From: Octopus bimaculoides
Taxonomy: Eukaryota
Assembly: GCF_001194135.2 (NCBI RefSeq)
Contig: NC_068982.1
Span: forward strand, 51,332,305 to 51,396,304
Direction of reading: 5' to 3'
Length of the DNA: 64,000 nucleotides
Part shown: piece after piece, positions 52,340-64,000 of the stretch
Layout: each line of letters opens with the position of its first letter
Numbering within the stretch: position 1 is the first letter of the stretch
Program-made: the position numbers and the translations under genes
The notes under the pieces: model-generated
Databases searched by the model: none
Told to the model about the DNA's origin: nothing
The model's input: the letters and a program-made list of their open reading frames with translations, nothing else

Positions 52340-53020
52340 CTCTGTCTTGGCTGTGAATCATTGAAAATCCAGGTGATATGCTGTCATGGTTGTATAAATT
52401 AGTTCTGCCAAGTAATTATTAAGGATTTGCATGATACTTCAACTTCACAAACTTAATAACAGATAGTGATTCAAAGCAGTATGTTGCGCTGACAATTGAG
52501 ACAGATTTCACACTAGTTTTCTGTAGTTTAGAATATATTATTTCTGGAATCTGTTTCCAGAACTTGATTACAGACTGGAATTTCCATTTCTACAGTAATT
52601 GATTATGAAACCAGAGGCTAAAGAATCAGACATCTTGCATTGACACATCATTTAAGAATGGATTTACTAGACAGGTGAAGCAGTATCTCCCAATTTATAG
52701 TCTTATATTTCAATATCACAGAATGTATTTACTCTCCTACTGAGTAAGATCAGAAACAATCATGTTCTTCCCCAGCAATGCCAAGTTGAGATTTTGCAGA
52801 AGATTCTTTACTTCAGTAAGGAACATCAGAACTTGCATCCATTCATCATTTTCCAGTTGAGAATAAAGGCTTTTCTTTGAGAAAAAAAAAAAAATAAATA
52901 AAATAACAGCAGGTCCCAACAGATCCAAAATAACAGCAAGTTCCAACAGATATTCCAAACATTGCATTTCAATGTAATAGAAAAAGATATCACTAAATTT
53001 ATTGTCAAGTTCCAATTCTT
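52340..53020 (-). mobile_element. Degenerate hAT (SPIN/GTF2IRD2/EPM2AIP1-like) transposase C-terminal remnant
   Basis: LENDEWMQVLMFLTEVKNLLQNLNLALLGKNMIVSDL resembles DxxWLxxLAFLxDIxxHLNxLNLxLQGK. Downstream LVNPF, KFWKQIPE and SATYCFESLSVIKFVKLKY resemble the hAT dimerisation region (STYxCExxFSxMK). Multiple stops and frameshifts. Confidence 0.75.
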
Positions 53021-56000
53021 CAAATATTTTCCTAAAATGTCAATAGTGAAAAAAAATCAAAATTTGTTCAGTCTCTGTTAAACATGTTTTTGATGTCAAC
53101 ATGAATTTATTTTTAATACCAATCAATCCAATATCAAAAGAAACAATGAACAGATAGTGTAAGTTGTGTGTTGTCCTAAAGCTGAATGCAAGGGAATTCT
53201 TAAATTCTACCCCACCTGAGACTACCCCTATGATACAAATTTTCTGTTTTAAAATGATCTAAGGTGAAGCCCTTCAGCAAAATTTCATCCAAACATCAGC
53301 ATAATAATGACAAAGTTATTTTGAGAAATTCTTCATTATTTTAAAAATTAATATTCAATAAAGGCGGTGTACCTCAACACAAATATTATAATAAAATGCT
53401 CTAGTTATTTTGTATTTTGCTAGCAGCATTAGCACTGGCTTGCGAGATATGCATTTCTGGAGTGTGACATGAAACTGGTGTTCCTCCTTTTTTGTTTTTC
53501 AATCAATCATTACAATAACTCTTGCTATGGGCATTTAATACAAGTGATATTTCCATGATCTAGCAAATTGTTTTAGTTGTTTTTTAGTTTCTGTACTAAA
53601 CACTGTCAATCTACTGGATATTTAGTAACAGTTAACTTGTTAGTCCTTAATTCTGATTTAGGTGGTTAATCATACAAAATGTTTATGGAATTTGTTTCAT
53701 ACTGGCATTTCATGTAACTATGCATTGGCTGAGTGAGTGACACAGGGTAGATAAGGCACAAAGCTTTACCTCCTTCAATGACAGATACAAAATCTTCTGC
53801 GTACTCAGGCTTGAATTCATGCAATGTTTCCTCCATGAATGCACAGCATGCAATGCATGCTTAAGGTGATATACATGAATGCAAATAACAAACCAGATTT
53901 TAATATAAATCCTTTATTTTTTATGCAAGACAACTGAAAAGATACATATGTGTTATATGTGTTCTGCTTCAATTGTACTTTTTTTTCCATGCTGGCATGG
54001 GTTGGGTGGTTTACCTGGATCTGGTAAACCACACAGCTGTGCCAAGCTCCTGTGTCAGCTTTGGTAGGTTTTCTATGGTTTGATGCCCTATTTAATACCA
54101 ACCACCTTAGAGTGTGTATTGGGTGCTTTTCTCATGCTAAAAGCACTAGTGAGATAGCCAGCTAAGTTGCAAGACAGAAAAGAATAGGAAAGACAAAATC
54201 CCCCCCCCACCTCCACCCCCACCCTGATGAGTCATGGTGGGGGAGCATTAGGAAGGAGGAAGTGGTTTTATACAAGGCGTTGAAAGATTAAAGTATGACA
54301 GAGGGACAAGAATAGGTGTCTGCTATAGATAAGATACATTGCTACCCCACATTATAAAGGGGAAGGGGAGATACATGGCCACCCCACTTTATAAGATTGA
54401 GTAGTAGTAATTGGGAAGTTGAAGACAGAAGAAATATCATAGTGGTGGAGTGCCAGAGCAAACTCTCAGTCAGCAAAGCAGAGTACTCCCATATTTCACT
54501 ATTCTGTAGCTTTCTAACTTCCTAAAGTTCTAATGTTATTTTGAGTTTATAAATGCCTAAGAAAAGGAAAGTGGGAGGAGTAGTTAAGCAAACTGATCCA
54601 AGTTAAGTTTAATGAAGTAAACAGTTAAGTGAGTAGATGACTACATGTATACCATTTGCTGAGTGGACCTTGGCTGCTATGAGCAACTACATGCAGGCTG
54701 TTGTTGAATTCCAGTTAGCCCTGATCAAACAAACCTTTTATGATCAAAAGATTTCAGCCATGACCATCCATCTTTTTCTTATGTGAAAGACACCCGTGAC
54801 CACATTATCTGACATCATTCTCTAAGACAGAAAGATGTGATTTAAAAAGGATTCGATTGTTATTTCTAGTAAGTGGAGTGATCATATGCAGCAGTGTGTC
54901 TTAACCTGGGTAGAAGTGTTCTCTAGTAAGTGTTGTAATGCACAAGAAAATGGTTAATATCAACAGGGCACTCTACCTTGGTTGTGAATAGAATATAAAT
55001 AAAACATTGTATTATCAGTGACAGAACAAAATAAACAACTCTATCTTTGAAAAGAAATAAAACTGCTGGTAATATTTTCTTTCACATACTTGGCTGAGAA
55101 AGGGTTGAGCATAGGTAGTAGTACAACTGTTAGCTAAACAGTGTAATAGATTATGAAACTGTAAAAGAAGAGACTTCTGGCTCTGTTCAGCACAGAGCCT
55201 AAAGTCTCCCCATTTACAGTTTTGAACCTGGTAGTTTTAACTCTTAAAGTTTTGTAACTGTTGTAGAGTCCTGATAACTACAATTCACATAGTACACATA
55301 ACAATAATTCAGATTATGTTGTTGTTTGTGACCTAGAACAGGAATTATGCTCTCTTCCATGTGGGCCACAAAATTTAACTACACTTTAGAAAGAACTTAC
55401 AGTCAAAAGACTTCCTGTTTGCAAAATGTGTTTATTTTTTGTTCTGTTGATTGAACTTCTTTGGATTTCTATTTTTCTTCCTTCTATTTTTAGAGAAAGA
55501 GGGCTTGGAATTGGCAAAAATAATTAGAGTGATATTTCAGCATCATTTGTAAACACCAACAATCTAAGTGATATCGGAGATTTATGGATTCTGAACAGGA
55601 GTAAAGTTATCACAAAGTTGATCATAATGTTTTGGAATGCTTTTTCTCAAGGGAGTTACAGAGACTACTGGAACACAGATTCAGCTGAGATAAGACAATG
55701 TCCAGGAACTGATATCTTGTAAATATATATGAAAACACCTACATGTAATGGACTTACCAATATTCAACCTACCTTGGTAGAGGAAAATGACATGACAACA
55801 TATAAAGATCAACAGGTAAAGAACAAAAAAAAACATCCACGATATACACACTTATTATATTGTATTGAGAAGTTTGAGTCAAATTCATGCAACTGTTACA
55901 TTTTTATGATTTTGATACTGTGCATCAAAATCATCATCAAAATCTCTTGTTTTTTACAGGATTGGGAGATTTATGAAGAAAAAGTACTACAGGGATAGAA

Positions 56001-56129
56001 GTTAAATTAGCAAAATTTCATCAAACATAAAGCAGTAATTAGTTATATTTCAAGTATCAGCTATTTCATTTGGAACATAATAATCTGTCCAATATCTTAG
56101 TTTACTTCTTTTCCTTATTTCATTTTGCC

Positions 56130-56492
56130 TTCCTGGCACTTGTGCCTCAGCTTCGCGTTCCTGGCACTTGTGCCGGTGGCATGTGCAAAGTCATTCGAGC
56201 GAGATCGTTGCCAGTGCTGCTGGACTGGCTCCTGGGCAGGTGGCACGTAAAAAACATCATTTTGAGCGTGGCCGTTGCCAGTACTGCGTGACTGGCCCTC
56301 GTGCCGGTGCACATAAAAGCACCCACTACACTCTCAGAGTGGTTGGCATTAGGAAGGGCATCCAACTGTCGAAACTCTGCCAGATCAGATTGGAGCCTGG
56401 TGCAACCATCCAGTTCACCAGTCCTCAGTCAAATCATCCAACCCATGCTAGCATGGAAAGCGGATGTTAAATGATGATGATGATGATGATGA
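56130..56492 (+). mobile_element. Young, CpG-rich 5'-truncated RTE 3' end with (GAT)n tail
   Basis: Same tail as 39640-39817. Other copies at 2840-3164 (+), 3273-3446 (-), 8985-9255 (+), 17672-17834 (+), 21770-22000 (-), 48730-48950 (+), 51597-52030 (-), 53975-54180 (-) and 57640-57975 (+, two in tandem). Confidence 0.85.
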
Positions 56493-59400
56493 CATACACA
56501 GCCACTACAGACATCATTGTATGTCATGATGTTTTATAATGTGATATCCAAATTCCTTATTAGGATTAGAGCATCTTTGCTACTTATCTATCAGGTGCTT
56601 TTCACAAAGCCTAATAGAATTGATCCTTCTACTTACCTGCTATTGTTACAAGACAGGCATGCACAGAAAATATAGTAGTTATCACCAGCCTAAGCTTAAT
56701 AATTACTGCTAGGAAATCTATGGTGATTAATTGCATACAATTAAACTGTGTAACAAAGGTTTTTGTCCTTGGGTAGCAACTGTTAGTTTCTATTTGCTTA
56801 GCCTCAGAAAGTATGAAAAATGGCTAATATTTCCTTCAAACATTGCTTTTGTTACATTTATTCAAACCCTAAAGAATCCCTCTCAAAATATGGATATGAA
56901 GCTCCCCAACTACTTTTACTTGTGATCAGAAATGCACATGTTGTCAGTTACTAAGGTACATGCTCAAGTGGTTACGGTCAAGCAACTGACAAGTAAATCT
57001 GTGGTATTGAGCAGAATATTTGCTTTAATGATATTTCTGCTTCAGCAACTCAGTGCTCAATTTGTCAGAAATGTAATGGAAAATAGGTAAGTTTCAAAAC
57101 ATTGATGTCCAAATCGCAAAAGCAAAGTTTGAAGGGAATAGTAGTCATTTCCTTTGATTTGTAGATAGATGCAAGTAGGAAATAACACTTACTGACCAAA
57201 GACAAAAGTGGGGGTTACACAATGTTATTTGTATCACAAAAGATTTTATATTTGAAGGACAGCTATAATACTGATCAATAATTAAATAATTTTTATGGTA
57301 AACTTTCTGCAATGAATGAACACATGCATATGCATGCATATGTGCGCACACACAAAGAGTTTTACACTTGAATTAATAGGAAGTACATGGAAAAGAGCAT
57401 GAAAGGAATTTTAACACTTTGCTTATTAGTGGAAATTAAATATAAAGAAAAAATAACACCCCCGTGTATAGAGGCTGAAATACCAGACAAACTATTAATT
57501 TGCAGATGTTGACCCAGATGCAGAGTTTTCAGAAGTGCGAGGTGGGAATTAACGTGAATAATTACTAAGTTATAGTAATGATAACTTTCTCATTTTTGCA
57601 AAACCAGCAGCTATTAGATATAAATATAATGCTCCCTTCCCTCTCAAAAATTCCTTGTCTTGCAAGATACTTGGTGACCTTGCTGTTGAGGGTGCCATGT
57701 GAAAAGCATCCAATCCACATTGAGAAGTGGTTGGCATATGGAAGGGCATCCAGCTGTAAAAATTATGCCAAAACTAATCTCGCCTGTGCTGGTGCCACAT
57801 AAAAAGCACTCAGTCCACCCTGCGGGGTGGTTGGTGTTAGGAAGGGCATCCAACCATAAAAACTATGCCAAAACAGGCACAGAAGCCTGAGGTAGTCTTC
57901 TACCTGGCCAGCTCCTGTCAAACTATCCAATCCATGCCAACATGGAAGGTGGACGTTAAACGATAATAATGATGATGATAATATTTCTAATTTTGATTCC
58001 AAGTAGATGATTTGCTTCATCATTCAAAATTAGACTATCTCTATACTTCTCATAATTGATCATTATTTGTGAGTCTGATAATCTTTTAGGAGCAAGAATC
58101 TGCAGAAAATAAATTACATTTATGTAGTGTACCTAAACAAAGACAGGTTAAACAAAATTTTTCCTCATGCTTTATCCATAGGAAAAAAAAAAAATCAGTA
58201 TGGCAAGCAAAGTGTTCATCAATTATACAATGCTCCTGCTATTTACAATAACAAGTTATAGGGTCCTATGATACCTACTTACAAGGTAGATCAGGTCAGT
58301 GTATGGGAAAATATCTCGTCAATGAATTCAATGTAGTGTTGGGTGCTTAAACCTATGTATGTGGGCCAAGTCCCTAATTTGAAAATGCCTGCCACCCTCC
58401 CTCCCATCAGTCTTGGAGGTCCTAAAAAATGGGTCATGTGCACTACTCTCCTTCCTGATTTAGCAACTAAACAAAACAAAAGAATATAAAGGAGCTTTTG
58501 TTATTACAAGCAAATATGGAAATCCATTGGGTTATTGATATAGTCACTTCAATCGTGGACTAAGAATGATTCATAAGCTAACTAAAGTAGAGAGATAGGT
58601 AGAGCCATCAAATTTGTTCAGATCCTTCATCCATCTATCTTCTCTACCCACAATTCCTGGGATGGTTGTAGGAGCAGAGTCACCAGGTACCTCCTCCATT
58701 AGGTCCTATTAAAGAATTATGTGCTAAATGATGCTTGAATTTTGAAATCTCTTTTCTCCAACAAAATCGCTATCACCATCACCATCAGTGTTGTTATAAT
58801 ATGCTCATTATCCATTGGATGGGTTGCTATAGTCCAAGTCATTTCTTATTATGACTATTGCTCCCATTAACTGGTACATGTCATTTGGCTTGGTTTCTAT
58901 GGCTTGATGTCCTTATCACCAACCAGAGTATACAGGGTGCATTTTCATGCGGCACCAACACTTGAAACATTAAATAGTTTACAGCAAGACAAGACTATAC
59001 TTGTATTAAAACTCTGAAAAGAGCTGGTTATTTCATTTGTATTTTATGACTAAATCCTACTGAGATGAACTTTGCTTTTCATCATTCTGAGGTTGATAAA
59101 ATAAAGTACTGGTCAAGTACTAGGGTCAAATGTAATATTCTTTTTCTATTAGAGAAAAGAAGTTTTGAAATTCTAGCTTCATTTAGTTCATGATATTTTA
59201 ATAAAAGTACTAATATATCTGAAGAAACTATCAATATTTATATGATTTGCATGTAAAATGATCTGAAAAACATAGCCAGTCAATAATGAAAGGCAAACAA
59301 TTTAAAATGTATAGGATCTGAACAAGTCATATGACTACTTGTGTCTCTGTACTTAACTGAAAATATCTTTTCTTATCTACAGATGAAGTGATTATATCAA

Positions 59401-60201
59401 TAAATCTCTTAATTCAAAAATTTATACAACTGAATTTGAAAAAGTATTAGACTCTTAATGCAGAGTGAAAATAAAGTTCATCTTTGCAATAATGACGTCC
59501 CAGGTTCAATCCCAATATATGGCATCTTGAGCAGAGATCTTTACTATAAACTCAAGATTGAAGTTGGATAGAACAGAAACTATGTAGAAGACCACCAGAT
59601 TGATTGTGCTTGTAATTCAAAGGTACAGCTTTGTCTCGTATTGTTTTACACTGATTTGGCCTATGGGCTAAGAAGACACTTTCTGCAGAATATTCAGTCA
59701 TATATTAATTTAAATGAAAAAATAGATCAGTTCATTGAACAACTGAATGTTCATTGTTGAAACTGACAAAGGATACATTACTATAGCAACAAGAAAAAAC
59801 AGTACTAGGTAAATCATGCTTAGGTTTTATTAAGTAGCAAATTATTCTCTGACTTGAAAACCAGAAACATGGTGAACAATAATTGTGAAATCACAAAGTA
59901 CACAAGGGCATGTTAAATACAGTTGAGTAATTGTTTGATATGGAACAGTTGTGATAAATAGATTTAGTTACGTGGGTGAGTGCAATACAAAATCAATGAT
60001 AATTAAGGAAAATTTGAATTTCCTCTTGCAATTGTAACAACAAAAGCAGTTATAATAATCTGTGACCTTTTTAGGAGAATATTTTTAATCAAAATACTAA
60101 TGAACAGTTTTAGGGAGTGGTGCTGACATATTAGAAACACCTCAATACAGACTAGTAATAACACTTGCTTCCATTGGAACAAATTTTTTTAGTTACATTT
60201 A

Positions 60202-60656
60202 CAGGGTATACCCCCAAAATTGGCATCATCTGTAATGTGAATATCCGAGTAACTACATGTCCAAGGCAAACAAAATCATGCACACCACCTGTGACATGGC
60301 ACATGTCAAGTAAGTAGTCCAGCTCCTTCCAAACATGTTGTAGCATGTCATTGTGTAACATTCTCCAGCACCTCAGTGATTATCTGCTTGAGTTCCTCTA
60401 GGCTTATAGGAAGAGGGGGATACAGACCAATCCTTCCACATAGCCCCATAGAAAAAAAAATCACAAGGTGTCAAGTCAGGTGAACATGGTGGTCATTTCA
60501 ACAGTACATTGTCATTATCACTGGCATGCCAGATCAAAACTTAGTTTTTACACATTTTTCTAAAATTTAAAGTCATTTGAGCGAGAATTGGCTACATTAC
60601 CTGACTGCGAAATGATGTCAAATTTTTTTTGGGGGGTGGGGTGGGGGGACACCCTG
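60202..60656 (-). mobile_element. Internally deleted Tc1/mariner-superfamily element (transposase C-terminus only)
   Basis: TA|CAGGGT...ACCCTG|TA termini. Minus-strand translation gives WPPCSPDLTPCDFF...EELKQII...DMLQHVWKELDYLLDMCHVTGGVH, matching the WPPRSPDLTPCDFFLWG...VWxELDYRLDVCRVTxGAH pattern. Confidence 0.85.
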
Positions 60657-62127
60657 TATATCATCGTCTAAATGTCCATTTTCCATGCTTGCATGGGCCA
60701 GACAGATTTGTTGTGACAGATTTTCTATGGCCACGTGCTCTTCCTACCACCAACACTCACTTGTTTTGAAGGTAATATTTCCTCATGTTGTCATGGACAT
60801 TTCACCATACAGCTACATCTATGGACATATGTGTATGTGTATACACACACATGCAAACAGATGTTATATCAATGGCATTTAGACATAGATTTAAATATAA
60901 AACGCAACTTCTCTAATCCCTGCCACCAAAATTAATCCTAGTAGAAGACATGAAAGGATCTCAGGAAGAACATAATGTAATGCAGAAAAATCCAACTCAA
61001 AGATATATGTTCTAAAAGCTCAGCCTTCAAGATGTTAGTTAATCCAACATTTGCATACTAGCATATAGAGCACATGCTCTAGAGCCTCCATTGGTTGTTG
61101 TCTTGATTATTTTCCCAGTGCCTGTTAAGAGACCTCAGATTTTAAGTGGCTAACAGTATTTTTTTTTTTGTCTTCTCTTTCATCTTACTAGTGTCCATCT
61201 TAATTTTGTTTCTGCATACTGATTATCTGGTTGTTGTAGAACATGACAGGCCAAATACATTCTTTGTACATTTACCAGGTCTTGAAGTCTTCATGATAAT
61301 AGTCTTCTTAAAACTTCATTTCTATGAATTTTCCTTTAAGACTTTTATTAAGACAGTCAACTCTTTGACGGTTTTGTTTTCTTCCTTCTTTCACTTGCAC
61401 ATAGCATTGTTGATAGTTTGATGGTATTGTATATGTAGATTTTGAAAGTTAGTGTCCAGTGTATTCATGGACAAAACACTACCAAGGTATGTGAATTAAC
61501 TCATATGAGAAGTGAATAAACACTGACAGAAAACCACATTAATTCATGAAAAATTTAACATGAAAATTCATCAAAACTATAAAGGAAATCACACAAATTA
61601 TTTTAAAATGTGCAGAGCTATTACCAATCAAGACAAGAGAATTTAGTGTTAGAGTCTAGCAAAAACACAACATGAAGCATTTTAATTGGTAATAAAATAC
61701 CTCAGGAACTGGTACAATCCAAAAATCTTTCAAGACAATTCATTATTTGTTTTCTTTTGTAGTTTTGAAATAATATCCAGAAATAATTTACTGGTGTTAC
61801 TATTTCTGTGTCTATCAAAAGAAACATAATTTTTCTGGTATTTAATCAATTGGGATCATATCGTTGTAGTTCTAGCACCGCTATGTTTTTTTGGGAACAG
61901 ATATTTGAGAATACCAAACTGAAGTTTACTATTACAATTATCATTATTTGTATTTATTTGCAAGGATAAAACTAAATCCATTGTGACTCTTCCATATTAT
62001 AAAGGTCTGGCTGAGAATATACAACATACAACAAACATGTAGCGAATATAACATCAGAACAGTGTTTAGCTGTAATATGACACTCTATAGTTGTTTTATC
62101 AAATTTAAATTTATACAAGAAAAGGCT

Positions 62128-62530
62128 GCAGGCATGGATGTGTAGTTAAAAAGTTCACCTCATAACTACATGGTTCTAGGTAGAGTCCCTAAGTGTGGCA
62201 CTTTAGGTAGATGCCTTTTACTATAACACTATAAATCAATGCCTTATGAGTGAATTTAGTAGATGGAAACAGTGTGGAAGCTCACTGCACATGTACGTGG
62301 TAAGTTGGGGGGGGGGAGTTCATTTGTGCACAAGCCTTTGTCTCTCAACACTAAACAACCAGTGTTGGTTTGCTTACATCCCCATAACTTGGCAGGTCAG
62401 CAAAAGGAGGTCACTAGAATAAGTATCTGACTTTAATAAGTAAGCACTGGGGTTGATCTGATTGACTAAACCTACCAAGACAGTATGTTAGCATGGCCTT
62501 TGTTCAAAAGTTGAAACCACTAAAAGAGTA
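62128..62530 (+). mobile_element. Diverged SINE family A copy
   Basis: Collinear similarity to the family A head, body and tail. Confidence 0.7.
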
Positions 62531-63562
62531 AACAATGTCCCATGCACTTATAGCAGAGAAACAATAGTGGAAAGTTCAAAATACAAGAGAAGTCAGCTAC
62601 TACAGAACATATGTTATAAAAAGTGTAATAATATACTGAAAATAATGTTTCCATTATAGGGAAAGAAACAGTGGAAACTAGAGAAAATAAAAGAAGCAGT
62701 GCATACAGTGTTTTGAGAAGATAATCAGTAAATATAGCACTGAATTTAGCCTAATATGGCTGATATTACCAAAAATATGTGTCTAAATATAATTTAAATC
62801 GACATAACTATACCATGGGGACTACAGTTTAGTGGATAAGAGCATAGAACTCTATATTTGAAATAAAGGCTCAAGAATCTCCAACCCAAATTCAAGCACA
62901 TATCAACAAACATGGTAAATATGGAATCTGATGTCAGACGGAGATCAAAATGGTTCATTAAGACAGTTAAATCAGTGAAAGGAATTGAATATTTATAGAT
63001 ATAAATTGAACTGCATTCACTAAATAAGATACTCATTACAAAGAGATTATCTTCAATTCAATGAGCTAAATCGACAGATCTAATGCTATAATGTCTATTT
63101 CCTGTTAACATCAGCATTGAAAGGCTTCTAATGTATCATAATCATAATAAACATTGGCAATTTAGTTTGTATCTAATACATGCTTAAACAAACAAGTAGG
63201 AGGAGGAAAAGATTGTGTGACATTTTAGACAAAATAAAAATATTTTAGATAAAATAGAATAAACAAACACGATACGACTCTAAAGCAAACATTCATCTCT
63301 GAATGAGGTATCCTGAAAATATGGGTTGTTTTCTTATAAAGTTTTAAAATATTGTTAGGTCAATTACTTTTTCACAAGAGAGAGAGATATGAACAAAACC
63401 ATAACTTGGGGATTTANNNNNNNNNNNNNNNNNNNNNNNNNNNNNNNNNNNNNNNNNNNNNNNNNNNGCAACTTTATTTTCCTATGTCAAACACATATGA
63501 GGCACATATTTGAAGCACAAAAGAAGACAAATATAGCAAATCATTCAGATATTTAGTCGCAT

Positions 63563-63960
63563 AGGCAGACGTAGCCATGCAGTAAGAAGTTTGCTTCCCA
63601 GAACCATTGTTCTGGGTTAAATTCTACTGTATGTCATTTTGGGCAAATGTATTCTGCCATAGCACCAGCCAACCAGAGCCTAGTAAGTGGATTTGGTAGA
63701 TGGAAACTGAAATAAGCCCATCATATATATATGTGTGTGTATATACATACATATACGCACATGCATGTATGTGTGTGTGTGAATGTACATGTGTTACTGA
63801 ATTCACCAAGTAAGTGGTGTCCTTTGCTCCTAATTTTCCATTAAAACAGATGAGGTTTGGCAACAGGCAGGGCACCTGGCTGGAGAAAATCAGACTCAAC
63901 AAAATTCTGCCTGATTTATGCAAGCAAGCATGGAAACATAGGTATTTAAATGATGTTGAT
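63563..63960 (+). mobile_element. SINE family A2 copy
   Basis: Same head-to-RTE-like-tail architecture as 28793-29168. Confidence 0.7.
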
Positions 63961-64000
63961 AACATTCACACATTTACACAGAAAAGAATTATCACAAGAG

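Noticed and set aside
61200-61440. Minus-strand MYKECIWPVMFY, resembling the RTE YKxxIxPVLxY motif
   Set aside because: Too short and decayed to call as a feature.
43000-64000. Expected CID/CREPT-domain exons of the RPRD2-like gene
   Set aside because: None recognised by eye. They are probably outside the window or in gaps, so the gene-name call remains provisional.

Overview
AT-rich eukaryotic, repeat-saturated scaffold with 8 N-gaps (1186-2038, 5750-6160, 25012-25696, 31656-32525, 43376-43385, 46760-46900, 50811-50862, 63417-63467). The SINE/LINE repertoire looks like Octopus (inference from repeat families I recognise, not from a search). One host gene is supported, on the minus strand. 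It has three in-frame, phase-1-linked exons (42741-42887, 34275-34382 and a 2.3-kb terminal exon 25899-28204) encoding a long Ser/Pro-rich disordered C-terminus that resembles RPRD2. The N-terminal CID/CREPT exons were not found and probably lie beyond the window or were missed. The rest is mostly transposable elements: a full-length dead mariner; remnants of pogo, hAT and Tc1-like transposases; RTE and CR1/L2-type LINE pieces; at least four SINE families; piggyBac-like and Tc1-like MITEs; three fold-back elements; and microsatellites. The most interesting unexplained items are a strand-biased pre-miRNA-like intronic hairpin (55156-55222), a 7-copy head-to-tail SINE array (9693-11215), inverted MITEs bracketing a stop-free symmetric exon, a candidate truncating micro/terminal exon, and a three-level nested element (15795-16941). 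None of these establishes a new biological system. All are hypotheses needing RNA-seq or comparative data.
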